A model generated the notes under the pieces. It was not told the origin of the DNA. It worked only from the letters and a program-made list of their open reading frames with translations, and searched no databases. From Eledone cirrhosa (taxonomy: Eukaryota): a stretch of DNA of 64,000 bases. Positions 1 through 14,169 of this stretch are shown here, piece after piece. The stretch lies in the NCBI GenBank assembly GCA_964016885.1, contig OZ024748.1, positions 59,644,001 through 59,708,000 on the forward strand, read 5' to 3'. The stretch's first letter is position 1. Every line of letters begins with the position of its first letter. The position numbers and the translations under genes are program-made.

Positions 1-40
1 TCATCATGATCTTCATTGTAAGTGTTAAATAATAACTTAC

Positions 41-118
41 TGTACAACATTGTGGTGAGTCAACTCTCGAAGTAATGAAATCTCCCTAATGGCCGTGCTG
101 GGGACGCCTTCAGTTTCT
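41..118 (-). CDS. CDK2: CDK2 coding exon 2 (PSTAIRE exon); gene continues off the left edge
   Basis: Minus strand reads ttttttccAG|a gaa act gaa ggc gtc ccc agc acg gcc att agg gag...gtt gta ca|GTaagt, which translates to [25 protein letters not shown]. The exon is 78 nt, phase 2-2, and joins exon 1 in frame. Confidence 0.97.
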
Positions 119-665
119 CTGGAAAAAAATAAAATAAATATATATATATATATCATCACCATCATCGTTATCGTTTAACGTTCATTTTTCAACACTAACA
201 TGGGCTAGACGAGTTGTCCTGTTGTGAGACAAGTCAGATCCAATGACCATGTCTTGCTCATACAGAACGGCCTAGTTCCCACAACTGGATACTCTTTCAA
301 TATCTCCAAACACGAAAAATTCAGAAAACATAAACAAGCTTCACATATAATAGGGAAAGCGTTAAGAATTATGGAAGACTTTCAACATGTGATTGATAAA
401 AAAATTTCTTTTATATATTATCTAATGATTCTGATGACTTCTATACAGAGGAATAGAATGTTACTTCTGTATTGGAATGAAACATGTAAATCAATTAAAT
501 AATGTATCAAACCTTAGTTATTTATTTATTTATTCACTAGTTGGCCCCATGCCATCAAAGATGACGGCTAATTGTATACATAATATAAAAAAAAAAGTGT
601 TTGTTGGTTGGTTGGTTGGTTCCTTCGTGCTCACTCACACAAATGATACAAGCATAGAAACATTT

Positions 666-1075
666 CTCAGTCGACGTAATCACCCTTTCCCCCCTCAGTC
701 GACGTAATCACCCTTTCCCCCCTCAGTCGACGTAATCACCCATTCCTTCCTCAGTCGATGTAATCACCCTTTCCCCCTTCAGTCGATGTAATCACCCTTT
801 CCCCCTTCAGTCGACGTAATCACCCTTTCCCCCCCTCAGTCGACGTAATCACCCCTTCCTTCCTCAGTCGACGTAATCACCCCTTCCTTCCTCAGTCGAC
901 GTAATCACCCTTTCCTTCCTCAGTCGACGTAATCACCCCTTCCTTCCTCAATAGACGTTATCACCCTTTCTTTCCTAAGTCATCATTATCACTTCTTCCT
1001 AAGCAACGTTATCACCCTTTCTCAGTTTGTTATCACCCTTTCTCAGTTTGTCATCACCCCTTCCTTCGTCAGTCA
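666..1075. repeat. ~28-bp minisatellite
   Basis: Tandem ctcagtcgacgtaatcaccctttcccc units that decay toward the right. Confidence 0.9.
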
Positions 1076-1719
1076 TCTCTGGTGACGGACAAAACGACAG
1101 GGGCATTATATATTAGTAGATTTTTTTTTATATAATCTGTGATTGTTGTATAACAGAGATTCTCAAAAGTGGGTACTGACTTGGTCTGTGACAACACCTC
1201 CATCTCTTGTTAGAAGGGTAAATGATGAGAGTAGGGTGGTGGTGATATACTGAATGTATAGATATGGAAAAGAAACCATGTATTTTTTTTAAGCCCCTGT
1301 TTCAGTATATACTTAAATATAAGCAGAGGCATATGTTACCCCACCCCACAAAAAAAAAAAAAAACTTGATGGTAAAACGAGGTTGGGGTTGGCTTATTAT
1401 ATACACCACATAAACAACGTTTTGATTAGCTTCCCCAGCGTATAATTGGGGTTTGGATTTTTGCCCATTTCTCAGACATGAAACAAGGGAGGGAGGAGTC
1501 AGCTTATATTTGAGAATATACAGTAATTTAACTTATCTCTCCTACTTGACAGACATTAAAGACAGCATGAAGCAATATCCGGCTGATAGAAAACTGCATA
1601 TATATATATATTTGGCACATGTCGAAAGAAAATATACATATATTCATGTGGGTTGCTTATCGTTACACATGTTTTGTGTTTCATTAGCAGAATCAAATCC
1701 TGTTTTATGCGAAATATCA

Positions 1720-2180
1720 TCATCATCAGTTTCATGTTTATTTTCTCACATTAACATGGGTTAGACAAGTCGTCTATCTTATGATACAAGTCTGACCAGT
1801 TGGCCCACACCATACCTTGCTCAAACAGAACAGTATTTTGGCTGGGTGGTCCTGTTATAAGACAAGTCTGGCCAGATGGCCCGCTATGTACCTTGCTCAA
1901 ACAGAACAGTATTTTGGCTGGGTGGTCCTGTTGTAAGACAAGTGTGGCCAGATGATCCACTACATACCTTGTTCAAACAGAACAGTATTTTGGCTGGGTG
2001 GTCCTGTTATGAGACAAGTCTGGCCAGATGGCCCACTACGTACCTTGCTCAAGCAGAACATAATTTTGGCTGGGTGGTTCAGTTGGCCACATTGAACCTT
2101 GCGCAAACAGAACAGTATTTTGGCTGGGTTTTTTACAGCTGGATGCACTTCCTAACACCAACCTTATTTACAGTGTGAAA
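1720..2180 (-). mobile_element. SINE-family fragment with internal tandem duplications
   Basis: Contains the catcatcatc...catgggttagacaag tail motif, repeated ccttgctcaaacagaacagtattttggctgggtggt units, and the acagctggatgc-cttcctaacaccaacc core shared with other copies. Confidence 0.65.
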
Positions 2181-2637
2181 CTGGGTGGTTCTGTTAATAG
2201 GAACTCCACATGAAGTGATCATGCCAAGATATTCATTTCATATGAACTAAATAGTGACATGACCAGCCAGTCTTTCATCCCCAATCTTTTGCCTGTGTAT
2301 GTCAGTCTGTCTGTCTGTCCATGTGCCCACCACGAGGAAGTCGACATACCTGGGCCCCAATACTTGATCATGAAATCATCCTCATTATATGTATATGTTG
2401 GTAAATGCTACAAATTTCAAGCCCAGAGCAAAGTCCAATAGATAAGTTGCAGCTAATTTTTGAAGCCAATTATATTTTATTTTATTATATTAAACAAACA
2501 AAATTGTAACGTGCACCTTATCTATCTATATATAGATAAATACAAATGGAAGTTCAGTAGAATCGAAGCTCTGGCTGCAGTCATGCTAACGAATGCAATC
2601 GGAAAGTGCAGTTAAGCACTCAATAAGGTAGTTTTAC

Positions 2638-2700
2638 CTTAGAGTAATAACATTACGTTTAGACAGCTTGACAAATTGAAGACTGCGACCGGTGAGCCAG
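2638..2700 (-). CDS. Candidate 63-nt in-frame cassette exon in CDK2 intron 1
   Basis: Acceptor ttggttttcttgttgctttggtccttgcAG, donor aag|GTaaaa. The only stop-free frame (WLTGRSLQFVKLSKRNVITLR) is the phase 2-2 frame required between CDK2 exons 1 and 2. Confidence 0.45.
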
Positions 2701-3140
2701 CTGCAAGGACCAAAGCAACAAGAAAACCAACTCATAATAATAAATGTGAAGACTAAAATCCAAAGTTGACACCTCCAACATGCCACCAACCACCCTGTAT
2801 GACACCAACATGTCACCTATCTATACCACCAACCATCCTGATTGACACCTCCAACATGTCACCTGTGTCTTTATACCACCAACCACCTTGTATCACACCA
2901 GCAACATGTCACCTGTGTCTTTATATCACCTATCAACCTGACTGATGTTCATAACACCTTTCTTTCCAGCCACTTATCTTCAACACCCTAACTACTCCAC
3001 TCTGCACGTACACACCAACACACACACACACACACACTCATATTAACACATCCTCGTTAAGGTCATGGATTAAAAATACCACCTTGCGATTGAGCCCACC
3101 AGTACACTGAATTCCAATCCCATCAAAGGCTTATATTGGA

Positions 3141-3703
3141 CATCATCATCATCATTTTACGTCCGCTTTTCCCTGCTTACAAGGGTGGGACGGGAACTGA
3201 TTCTGGCTTGATTTCTACAGCTGGATGCCCTTCCTAACACCAACTTCATTTACAATGAGTGCTGGGTGCTTTTCTTCCGTAGCACCTACATGTCCACTTT
3301 ACAGTGTGGGCTGGGTGCTTTTCTTCCGTAGCACCTACACGTCCATTTTACAGTGTGGGCTGGGTGCTTTTTTGCCGTGGCACCTACACGTCCACTTTAC
3401 AGTGTGGGCTGGGTGCTTTTTTGCCGTGGCACCTACACGTCCACTTTACAGTGTGGGCTGGGTGCTTTTTTGCCGTGGCACCTACACGTCCACTTTACAG
3501 TGTGGGCTGGGTGCTTTTTTGCCGTGGCACCTCCATGCCCACTTTGCAGTCCCTATCATCTCATTTTTACAGCTGAGTAAACTGGAGCAATGTGAAATAA
3601 AGTGTCTTGCTCAAGGAAACAACACATCACCCAGTCTGAGAATTGAACTCACAACCTTTCGATTGCAAGGCCAATGCTCTAACCACTAAGCCACGTGCCT
3701 CCA
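3141..3703 (-). mobile_element. tRNA-derived SINE with RTE-LINE 3' tail and an internal 49-bp VNTR
   Basis: Minus-strand head has an A-box (TGGCTTAGTGG) and B-box (GAGTTCAATTC). The 49-bp units repeat at about 3255-3545. The tail is near-identical to the LINE 3' end at 40551-40606 and ends in (ATG)n. Confidence 0.85.
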
Positions 3704-4522
3704 TATAAAAAATCCTGCTAGGGTTTATTTTTGAAGCAGGTCTTATAATAAGGGAAACATTGTAATAGAAGACACTAGCCCATGGTGTCACGTTGTGGGA
3801 CCGAACCCCAAACTACGTGACTGCAATGTGCACTCTTTAACCACACAGCAATACCTGAGGCTTTTGTGATAGTTTCTTTAAATATTTTGTTGAGCTTGTT
3901 CATACTTCAATTTTGTCAATAATTCTTTTATTTGCTCGATCTGATCTTAGCCAGTTATTCCATGTGTGTGTGTGGGCCCGTGTGATTGTGTGTCAGACTG
4001 TCTATCTGTGTGTGTGTTCACGTGTCTGTGTGTGTATCCTGTGTATTCATGCGTTTGTGAGTGTGTCTGTGTATCCTGTGTATTCATGTGTTTGTGTGTG
4101 CGTTTATGTCTGTCTATATGTATGTGTATGTCTGTGTGTTTATGTATGTGTATGTGTGTGTTTATGTATGTCTACATGTATGTGTTTATGTATGTCTATA
4201 TGTATGTGAAGGTATGTATATATCCTGTGTATTCATTATGCGTGTGTGTTTATGTGTAAATTGTACGTATGTCTCCTGTGTTTATGTGTGTATATGTATG
4301 TCTTTCCTGTGTGTTCATGTCTCCTGTGTATGTGTGTGTTTATGTCTGTCTATCTTTATGTATGCCAGACGTTGTCACCAAGGGCATTCCATTCACAACC
4401 ATCCCATTCTTTAACAAACGTCATCGTGTATCCAGGACTATGTTATTTGGACTTCTTTCGTTTGAAGTATATATTGTGCAATCAACAAAGTTTGACAGTC
4501 TCTAACAACTGCAATACATAAT

Positions 4523-4741
<219 letters not shown>

Positions 4742-5137
4742 GATGGCCGTGTAGATCAGGTTTAGAATAGATCCACTGTATGCTTGCAACTAAAAGGGTT
4801 AGTATTAATTAGAAAAAGGCATCGGGCTGAAAAGCATTGCTTCAAAAAGTCCCATCCAGCCCATGCCTTCCAGAAGGTCTGTCAGAAGCAACCATCTCCA
4901 ACTTATCCAACTGGGTCCCCAAGTGAGACCAACCAAGCTCATAGATGTTATCCGACCATCTTGATCGTCGTCTACTCCAGGGCGTCCTGTCGGTGACGGA
5001 AAAATAATTGCTACGTCATCATTTAATGTCCATTTTCCTCTCATAGGAAAGATTAATAGATTATTTAGGCTGATCCAGTAGCCTGTTTGTTAATCTGAAG
5101 TTTCTCCTGTGTACTCCAGGTTCCTCAACTTTATATA

Positions 5138-5330
5138 TAATTGTTTCTACTTTTGGCACAAGACCAGCAATTATCTCAGTGTATTACTGGTACTTTATTT
5201 TATCGACCACGTAAGGATGAAAGGCAAATTTAACCTCGGCGGGATTTGAACTCGGACCATAAAGAGCCGTAACTCTTTGCTACAAAGCATGGCGTCATAC
5301 CCTTTACCGATACTGCCAATCCACCACCAA
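5138..5330 (-). mobile_element. SINE family 2 copy
   Basis: Reverse complement of the element at 38364-38550. Other copies at about 9310, 12940-13450, 28020, 35880, 51515, 56490 and 63280. Confidence 0.8.
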
Positions 5331-6068
5331 TGTAAAGGTTCCTTTCGGTCATACCCTAGGGTTCCGTGAGAAACAGAGATAAATAAGCTAAAGTAGTTTT
5401 GATTCATTTTTGTTTAAATAAATATATTTATAATTTTACTATACATGTACGACATGTTGGATATGAGATAGCTATTAATAACGAATAGACTATGTAGCCG
5501 GTAAACCCTAAAGGGACGCAACACATAGCGTTTCACCAGCCCCTTAATGGTATATAATTTGTATGCAAGGGTTCGCTAACAAATGAAAACTATTTCAAGA
5601 GTTCCACAAGAGTAAAAAGGTTGAGAAACGACATATTGTTGGAAATAGAGATAAATATTAGTATTGGTATATAGTAATTTTTATTCAGGGGTTCCTTGAG
5701 ACATGAACATTATTTCAAGGGTTCCATAGGGGTAAAAAAAAAAAGTTTGAAAAACTGAGTTAGGTTAGGATTAGAAAGTGTCTTGCTCAAGGACACAACA
5801 CATCCGATCGGTCAAGGGGGAATCCAACTCACAACCTCATGTTTGTGAACACAACCCTTTAACCACTAAGTACACGCACGGCTATTAACTAACAACTAGT
5901 CAACAAGGAATTCATAAAAGGTTATGAGAAAATGCTTACTACATGTATTTACTGGACAAAATATATCGTAACATGTAACTCATGTGATATGTCTGCAAAT
6001 CTATTAAACACACACGAACATTTATATATAAATATATATTTATATATATATATATATATTTATGTATA

Positions 6069-6168
6069 CAGGATGTCCCCAAAAAACGTTTATACAAACT
6101 TTGATTACTTGTACAGGCAATATTTATTAGAATGCTGTTGAAGTGTGTATACATTTTTTGGGACACCC
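6069..6168. mobile_element. Tc1/mariner-type MITE
   Basis: TIRs caggatgtccc...gggacaccct in TA context. Related copies at 39520-39593 and 62323-62578. Confidence 0.7.
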
Positions 6169-6178
6169 TATGTATGTA

Positions 6179-6240
<62 letters not shown>

Positions 6241-6245
<5 letters not shown>

Positions 6246-6398
6246 ATACAGTTCTGTTTAGTGATGTGTACATCACATGTAGCATGTTAAGCTATTTCTA
6301 AATGACATGAAGAAGTGATCTTCAAGTCACAGTCGAGAACAAAATTCTCTTTAAATAGTAAGTGGTGATTCCCTCACATACGAATGGACAGCCATGAT
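6241..6398. repeat. Dispersed ~160-bp repeat embedded in (TA)n
   Basis: A similar second copy at about 12073-12232 is also flanked by (TA)n. Confidence 0.8.
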
Positions 6399-6670
6399 TT
6401 GTGTATATATATGTGTGTATATATATATACATACATACAAATATATACATGCAATCATATATATATATATACAATCATATATATATATATACAATCATAT
6501 ATATATATATACAATCATATATATATATATATATACATGGAAAGTTATATTTAAATTGTTGGGTTAACAACGAGTAAATATTTATAACTGATATAAAAGC
6601 ACTCAACAAGTATTTGGAGTATATTTATGATATTAAATAAATGGAAACTATATTTATAAAACCATATTTA

Positions 6671-6732
6671 TTTCGTTATATATATTTCAGGGATATCATA
6701 TTAACAATATGTTATGCCATCTTCAGACAAAA
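6671..6732 (-). ncRNA. Minimal type-I hammerhead ribozyme motif (sense in CDK2 intron 1)
   Basis: ttttgt CTGAAGA tggcataacatatt-gtt-aatatgatatccct GAAA tatata TA acgaaa. Shows stem I, a long stem II, palindromic stem III ATATATAT, an AUA cleavage triplet and an overlapping AATAAA. Confidence 0.65.
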
Positions 6733-6797
6733 TACAATATAAAGTCTTATAAATAAATAGATACGACATACCTTTCAATCACCTTGCATTTGTGAGC

Positions 6798-8864
6798 TTA
6801 TATATATATATACAATCATATATATATATATATATACAATCATATATATATATACAATCATATATATATATATATATACAATCATATATATATACAATCA
6901 TATATATATATATACAATCATATATATATATATATATATACAATCATATATATATACAATCATATATATATATATACAATCATATATATATATATATATA
7001 TACAATCATATATATATATATATATATACAATCATATATATATATATATATATACAATCATATATATATATATATATATACAATCATATATATATATATA
7101 TATATACAATCATATATATATATATATATATACAATCATATATATATATATATATACAATCATATATATATATATATATATACAATCATATATATATATA
7201 TATATATATACAATCATATATATATATATATACAATCATATATATATATATATATACAATCATATATATATATACAATCATATATATATATATATATACA
7301 ATCATATATATATATACAATCATATATATATATATATATACAATCATATATATATACAATCATATATATATATATACAATCATATATATATATATATATA
7401 CAATCATATATATATACAATCATATATATATATATACAATCATATATATATATATATATATATACAATCATATATATATATATATATATATACAATCATA
7501 TATATATATATATATATACAATCATATATATATATATATATACAATCATATATATATATATATATATACAATCATATATATATATATATATATACAATCA
7601 TATATATATATATATATATACAATCATATATATATATATATACAATCATATATATATATATATATACAATCATATATATATATATATATACAATCATATA
7701 TATATATATACAATCATATATATATATATATATACAATCATATATATATACAATCATATATATATATATACAATCATATATATATATATACAATCATATA
7801 TATATATATACAATCATATATATATATATATACAATCATATATATATATATACAATCATATATATATATATATATACAATCATATATATATATATATATA
7901 CAATCATATATATATATATATATACAATCATATATATATATATATATACAATCATATATATATATATATATACAATCATATATATATATATATATATATA
8001 CAATCATATATATATATATATATACAATCATATATATATATATATATACAATCATATATATATATATATATACAATCATATATATATATATATATACAAT
8101 CATATATATATATATATATATACAATCATATATATATATATATATACAATCATATATATATATATATATACAATCATATATATATATATATATATACAAT
8201 CATATATATATATATATATACAATCATATATATATATATATATACAATCATATATATATATATATATACAATCATATATATATATATATATATATACAAT
8301 CATATATATATACAATCATATATATATATATATATACAATCATATATATATATATACAATCATATATATATATATATACAATCATATATATATATATATA
8401 TACAATCATATATATATATATATACAATCATATATATATATATATACAATCATATATATATATATATACAATCATATATATATATATATATACAATCATA
8501 TATATATATATATATACAATCATATATATATATACAATCATATATATATATATATACAATCATATATATATATATATATACAATCATATATATATATATA
8601 TATACAATCATATATATATATACAATCATATATATATATACAATCATATATATATATATATATACAATCATATATATATATATATACAATCATATATATA
8701 TACAATCATATATATATATATATATACAATCATATATATATATATATATACAATCATATATATATATATATACAATCATATATATATATACAATCATATA
8801 TATATATATATACATACAATCATATATATATATATATATATACAATCATATATATATATATACA

Positions 8865-8904
<40 letters not shown>

Positions 8905-8905
8905 C

Positions 8906-8936
<31 letters not shown>

Positions 8937-9050
8937 CACAATCATATATATATATATACAATCATATATATGTATATATACAATCATATATATGTATATA
9001 TACAATCATATATATACATACAATCATATATATACATACAATCACACATA
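6798..9050. repeat. 2.2-kb (TA)n-CAATCA compound satellite
   Basis: Units of caatca(ta)n with variable n. It explains the spurious 770-aa ORF. Confidence 0.97.
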
Positions 9051-9795
9051 TGGTATGTAATAAACAACATAAGGCAATTATTTCATTTACCAGTGGTTTC
9101 TTAAAAGCAAACAAATTTTGCTTTCAATCATCAGAATGAAAAAATCCTGGTGTATTTATTGGCATTGGATTTTAAAAACAGAGATAAATATATTATTACA
9201 TAACTACAATCACACACACATATATATATATATATATAGACAAACATATATGGCATCTCATCTCATTTTGCAAGTAAGTATAATCTCATACATGCAATCA
9301 TATATATAATTGTTTCTACATTTTGGCACAAGGCCAGCAATTACCCCAGTGTATTACTGGTACTTTATTTTATCGACCCCGTAAGGATGAAAGCCAAAGT
9401 TAACCTCGGCTATAATATCACCAAATTTTTTATTTATTTCATAAATACATTACAAATCGTTTGCAATTCCTTCAGAATGAAAATATAAACAGAGCATTTA
9501 AATAAATTTACAGTAGAATAACATAACAAATGTTTTAAATATATACATAAATAACCTTACAAATGCCTCGGTAACACTACAAAGGATGATACAATGAAAG
9601 ATATATTCCTTCAATGCTACAATATTAAAGAAAATGTAAAAGAAGGGATGAACAACGGAGCCAACAACAGAGCAAAAGACAGCAGCGAGGAGTACCGGGC
9701 AACCTCTCTAATGAGTTTTGAGGCAAGCCAGCACACTGGCAGCGTTTCCTCGGGTGATGGCGAGGCTGATGCGCTGAAACAGCCAAGCGCCCTCG

Positions 9796-9849
<54 letters not shown>

Positions 9850-10207
9850 ATGTTCTATAGTCTTCCATAAGTGGTTAATATATTGAATTTCTTGGCATTT
9901 AGTAAGAAACTGGTTTTATTCATCTCCTATATATATATATATATAAACACACACACATATATATATATACTAACTAAAGTTTAGTGTCCCACCTGCCTTT
10001 GTTTCCTACAAATATATATATATATATATTATGGAATATTGCTGGCTTTTTGCTACAATGTTTTCTATACCTTTCATTTATATATATATATTATATTACA
10101 TGTGTGTGTGTATGTGTGCGAGTGTACATATTTTTATACATACGCGTGTAACGCCATATATATATACATAAATAAATATACACATTTATAGTATATTTTC
10201 AAAACTA

Positions 10208-10272
<65 letters not shown>

Positions 10273-10365
10273 CTTCTCTGAATAGATATAGCTTGTCCTT
10301 TATTGAGATGCTTACGTATTAGAGACAATAAAACTTTTTAGAGTTATAAATCAATATAATTATAA

Positions 10366-10404
<39 letters not shown>

Positions 10405-10447
10405 TCGAAACATAAGTCAATTGCATGAACTCATAATCCTTTATTTA

Positions 10448-10501
10448 CTGCTATATATATTTCGATGATAGCCATTGAATGGCTATGACCTCATCAGGCA
10501 G
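10448..10501 (-). ncRNA. Minimal type-I hammerhead ribozyme motif (sense in CDK2 intron 1)
   Basis: ctgc CTGATGA ggtcatagccat-tca-atggctatcatc GAAA tatata TA gcag, then AATAAA. The catalytic core is intact, with a G10.1-C11.1 pair. Confidence 0.8.
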
Positions 10502-10670
10502 CTAGTCAGTTCTTAGATATGCCAGCTCTGTGTTTATAGTGTTGATGGTATCAGAGCCTTCTGACATATATATGCTATATTTTCAATACTATATATATAC
10601 ATATATGGTATATTTTCTATACTATTTATATATATATACGTGTGTGTATGTAATGAAATTATATACTCAC

Positions 10671-10786
10671 GCATCAAGTCTGATTTTCTTCAAAGCTACA
10701 AACTGTCCTGTAATTTTATCCCGAGCCTTATAAACAACTCCATATGTACCTTCTCCGATTTTTTCCACTTTCTGGAAATTGTCCAT
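10671..10786 (-). CDS. CDK2: CDK2 coding exon 1
   Basis: Translates to [38 protein letters not shown](A), followed by a GTGAGT donor; 116 nt. Contains the glycine-rich loop with T14/Y15 and the VALK lysine. The N-terminus is CDK2-type (NFQKVEK), not CDK1-type. Confidence 0.97.
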
Positions 10787-11128
10787 CGTGTAGGATGGTT
10801 TTACGTACGGGACTATGTATACATATATACAACAATATATATATATATATAATGTGTGTATTTATATATGTATATCTGTGTACATGTATATATATGAAGA
10901 GAGATTTATATGTGTAGTAGATATATAGATATGCATATGTATGTGTGAATATATATTTAAATGTATAATGTACGCGAGCGTGTAGAAATGTGTCACATAA
11001 GTGTGTTTATATAAATGTAGGAGATATATATAAATGCAGACACAACTGAATGATAAATAAAAAAGTGAGGAGAGATAGTTTTTATGATTATCAACACGCT
11101 ACCTACAGATGACTCTAAAGTGAGAGAA

Positions 11129-11153
11129 GGCGGGAGGGGGATTTCCCGCCAAA
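11129..11153. promoter_or_regulatory. E2F-type sites upstream of CDK2
   Basis: TTTCCCGCCAAA (11142-11153) and GGCGGGA (11129-11135) lie about 350 bp upstream of the CDK2 ATG in otherwise AT-rich sequence. Confidence 0.7.
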
Positions 11154-12228
11154 ACTTCACACTCCATGCTGCATAATAGAAGTAATATATTTTTCAAAAC
11201 ATGCTTTGGCAATGAAAAAATAGGTCACATCTCTTCACACATACCTAAATTTGGCCAGCACTTTTACAGAGAGGCAAGCACGTAAAAGGTCAGAGAAAAA
11301 AACTTTTAAAAACTTGTCAATTTCACTATAAATATTTTGTAGGTCAGTTTAGGGTGGTTAATAGTCAGGCTATGGTGGGGATGATGATGATGAACGAGAC
11401 ATTTGAGGGGTGGGAGAGAAATAATAGCCACCCCCTTCTATCTTTCTCTCTTTGGTATAATCCAACCCATATTTTGTCAATTTTTCTAATTTTTGCTGAA
11501 GTTGTCACTTTCGTCGTCAATTTCATATATAGACATGTTGCTAGAAAATCTTAGGGAGTTGTTACATTGTTCTAAACACCATATATATACACACACACAC
11601 ATATATGTATATATAAATGTAGGGTGGGATATTTGTATAACACTGTTGCTTTTGTTCATATTCTTAATAGCGGAGAATTACACGTGTGTGTATGTATATA
11701 TATATATATATACACATTAAACTTTGGGAGGGTCACGCTGCCAATATATATATTCAAGGAAGCATTTTATGGAGAGGGGTGGGGGGCTAAATATACAATG
11801 CATTCGTATATATGCCCATATATGTATACATAGACATATATAGATATATATACACGTATGTATATTTGCGTGAAAACTTCAAGTGAATGAATCAACTCGG
11901 TAGCAGTTTTGTTTTTTGTGATTTTTATGTTTTATTAATAAATACACACTATCGCATGTATAAATAATTATATTTATTTATTTAAGCAAATAGTAATTTT
12001 ACGACAATAGTTATCGTTAACTTGTAGTTACCCATCTATTAAACACTACTATAGAGAGAGAGATATATATATATCAAGATACAGTTCTGTTTAGTGATGT
12101 GTACATCACATGTAGCATGTTAAGTTATTTCTAAATGACAAGAAGAAGGCGATCTTCAAGAGACACAGTAGAGAATATAATTTTCTTTAAATAGTAAGTG
12201 GTGATTCTCACACACGAATGGACAGCCA

Positions 12229-12270
<42 letters not shown>

Positions 12271-12711
12271 GTTAAACTATTTATAAGTATATAAGCCATT
12301 TCTATATAAAATAAAGATTCCTATACTCTACTAAAGTATTAACTGTGATCACCTCCCGATATCCATTATATATAGGAAAATAGTCCGGACCCCGAAGGCT
12401 GAGCTACGGGGTCATGACTCTTTTCCTCACGTGGGATCCCATTTGCTCACTATACAGAGAGATGGGGGCGATGAGGGTGGGAGTTCGGCCCGTCCGTGTT
12501 CGGACACATTGCACCTGTCGAGAGTATATATTGATGTACTTATGGCAGTGACTGTCATTTTAATGTACAAATAATTTCTTTTTTTTTTAAACAAAAAAAA
12601 AAAAAAAATATATAGAAGCCAGTAGACGAACGATATTAAGTATTGAGCACTCTGGTGCGTTATAGTCCACCTACCATCTTACCACACCCTCTTTTGTTTT
12701 ATATATATATG

Positions 12712-12754
<43 letters not shown>

Positions 12755-13464
12755 CTTATTTACATACCCTAAAAACAACGAGAAACACGTATTTTGTGTG
12801 ACTACATCAGCACTTAAGTTAAGGAGAAGGTCTTCCTAACTTTCGGCTTCCTGTATATTGTGTGGGTCTTTGTTTAGCCCCAGCTTAAACCTGATCGACA
12901 GAACATCAATCCGACCTAATTTCCCTGAAAACTTTCTTAATTGTTTCTATTTTTGGCACAACGCCAGCATTACTGGCCAGCAATTACCTCAGTGCATTAC
13001 TGGTACTTTATTTTATCGACCCCCATAATATTGGTTTCTTATATAGGCACAAGGCCAGCAATTTTGAGGGGAGGGGAAAGTCGATTAAATCGACTCTAGT
13101 GCATGACTGGTTCTTTATTTTATCGACCCCGTAAGAATGAAAGACAAAGGATTTGAACTCAGAACGTAAAGGGTCATAACTATATGCTGCAAAGCATGGT
13201 GTCTGACGCTCTACCGGTACTGCCAATCCACCGCTTTATTCTAAATAATGTAAATAAACTTTTCTTAATAATTGTTTCTACTTTTGGCACAAGGCCAGCA
13301 ATTATTCCAGTGCATTACTGGTACTTTATTTTATCGACCCCGTAAGGACGAAAGGCAAAGTTAACCTCGGCGGGATTTGAACTCAGAGCGTAAAGGGCCG
13401 TAACTCTATGCTGCAAAGCATGTCGTCCGACCCTCTACCAATACCGCCAAACCATAATGTAAAT

Positions 13465-13930
13465 ACGAGGGTCAGCTGAAGATTTCATTAGCTGACCAAG
13501 ATACTCTCATGGAATGACCAAATGAGGTTTATTTTTCAACATAGTCCTTCGAAAGAAACAATGTTGTTATTAATAAGAAGAGTTGAAATTAATGCATGCA
13601 AGATTTCACAGCTCTAGCATCACTCCTTCATATGCTGACCAAGATACTCTCATGGAATGACCAAATGAGGTTTATTTTTCAACATAGCCCTTGGAAAGAA
13701 ACAATGCAGTTGTTAATAAGAAGAGTTGAAATTAATGCATGCAAGATTACACAGCTCTAGCATCACTCCATATAGTTTTATAGTTTTCAACTAGCAATAA
13801 CCACGCCTCGGATAAGACTCATTGGCTATGGTACCGCCTCTGCGCAAAGCTATGCTGACCAAGATACTCTCATGGAATGGCCAAATGAGGTTTATCTTTC
13901 AACATAGTCCCTGGAAAGTAGCGCAAAATT
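13465..13930. mobile_element. mariner-type MITE end, tandemly triplicated
   Basis: Starts TACGAGGGTCAGCTGAA; three copies of gctgaccaagatactctcatggaatg...ttttcaacatagtcc. Another copy at about 32258-32365. Confidence 0.65.
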
Positions 13931-14169
13931 TCACAGCACTAATATCACTCGTTCACTGTTGCTAGCAACGGTCAGATACCAGTACTAGAGAGGTTTTCAT
14001 GTCATAACAAGCGAGTCTTTTCAACTTATTAGCACGCTTTCTACAATTAGAGGCCCTTCGTAACACCGACCACTGTACATAGTAAGCTGGATGCATTTTA
14101 TCATGGCACCAGCACTAGGGAAGTTGTGGGTCATATACTAGGCAGAAGGACCCTCTCTATTCTATAGAA

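Noticed and set aside
371-400. Plus-strand MEDFQHVIDK resembling a CDK N-terminus
   Set aside because: Wrong strand and no GEGTYG; the real exon 1 is at 10671-10786.
3625-3703. tRNA-like sequences (also about 5800, 24600, 56370, 60680)
   Set aside because: These are SINE heads with A/B boxes attached to SINE bodies; no intact cloverleaf.
6792-9104. 770-aa ORF
   Set aside because: It is the translation of a (TA)n-CAATCA satellite and has no protein-like complexity.
9759-9798. gcgagg CTGATGC gct GAAA...cctcgc hammerhead-like segment
   Set aside because: A9 is missing, there is no stem II, and no UH precedes stem I'.
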